This document shows positions 63,277-64,000 of a DNA stretch of 64,000 bases, piece after piece. Below the pieces are notes generated by a model. The model did not search any database. It was not told the DNA's origin and saw only the letters and a list, made by a program, of their open reading frames with translations. How positions within the stretch are numbered: the stretch's first letter is position 1; each line of letters opens with the position of its first letter. This DNA is from Selaginella moellendorffii (lineage: Eukaryota; Plantae; Lycopodiophyta). The stretch spans positions 1,843,549-1,907,548 of the forward strand of contig NW_003314280.1 in NCBI RefSeq assembly GCF_000143415.4. The letters run 5' to 3'. The position numbers and the translations under genes were made by a program.

Positions 63277-64000
63277 ATGGCAGGAGGAGGGAAGCGCAAA
63301 TTGGAGCGCGCTGACGATGACGATGAGGAAGATTTCCCGCGAGGTGTGCCGGCTAGGGATTAGAATGGATTCTTTCTCCTCGATTAAACACTTCTATGCG
63401 CAGGAGGTAAGCAGGCATTGTCTGCCGCCGAAATCCAAGAGGCTAGAGCCGAGGCGGAGGCGGAGTTTAATCGAGAAAATGAGAATTTGGGGAAGAAAAC
63501 GAAGAAGAAGAAGAGGAAGGTGGAGGAGGATCCCGAGGAAGAAACTCTTTTGCTCTCTGGGAACGCTCGAAAATCAGTCGAGCTTTTGAAATTCAGGGTG
63601 AGAATCCATTTCTTCTTCTTTCTTCTAGCTAACTTCTCTTCTTCGTCAGAAATTATGTTCTGGAATGCGACTCTGGGGCGCTGTTTCTGGCATCAATAAG
63701 ACTGATCTTTCCATCAGCCTTCCAAATGGATTGCATGGATTTGTTAAAATAGATGAGGCATTTCCCGAGTATACTCCAGATTTGAGCGACGATAAGGTAT
63801 CTATTTTACACTCCCTTTTGATAGAGCTTGACATTTCTGTGCCAGGGAAAATGCCACCTTTTGTTGGAGGAACTATTCCATGTTGGACAGTACGTTTCCT
63901 GTACTCTCTTGAACCTGGAGGAGACGAAGGGTGATGGCGAGAAGAAGCAGCCCAGGAGAGCGGTTCTCTCGCTACTTCCTCGACATTTTAATGAAGGAAT
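63277..64000 (+). CDS. RRP5: rRNA biogenesis protein RRP5 (S1-repeat protein), 5' part, continues beyond the window
   Basis: EEDFPRGG...LS..E, then S1 domain GMRLWGAVSGINKTDLSISLPNGLHGFV. Confidence 0.85.

Overview
Eukaryotic plant genomic DNA. Introns of about 50-60 bp, GC-rich genes alternating with very AT-rich tracts, and the style of the PLS-PPR genes point to a Selaginella-like lycophyte (inference). Recognisable genes: an AN1 zinc-finger protein, PLS-class PPRs (one intact, one frameshifted, several fragments), class II CPD photolyase, two inverted paralogues of a protein with an unknown N-terminal domain plus two alpha-crystallin domains, an SGT-type TPR co-chaperone head-to-head with a compact RNA Pol IV/V largest subunit, a GBPL3-like guanylate-binding protein, a class III peroxidase, a subtilase, an ATL-type RING-H2 ligase and the 5' part of RRP5. 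AT-rich accessory tracts carry an intact TRIM retroelement, chromovirus and LINE remnants, fold-back repeats, mosaics of captured gene fragments, CpG-eroded gene copies and two duplicated families of intronless, AT-rich secreted proteins (unknown domain + bulb-type lectin; a small Cys-containing protein). These secreted families are the best candidate for an undescribed system. There is an assembly gap at 25578-26098. All assignments come from motif recognition by eye; no searches were run.
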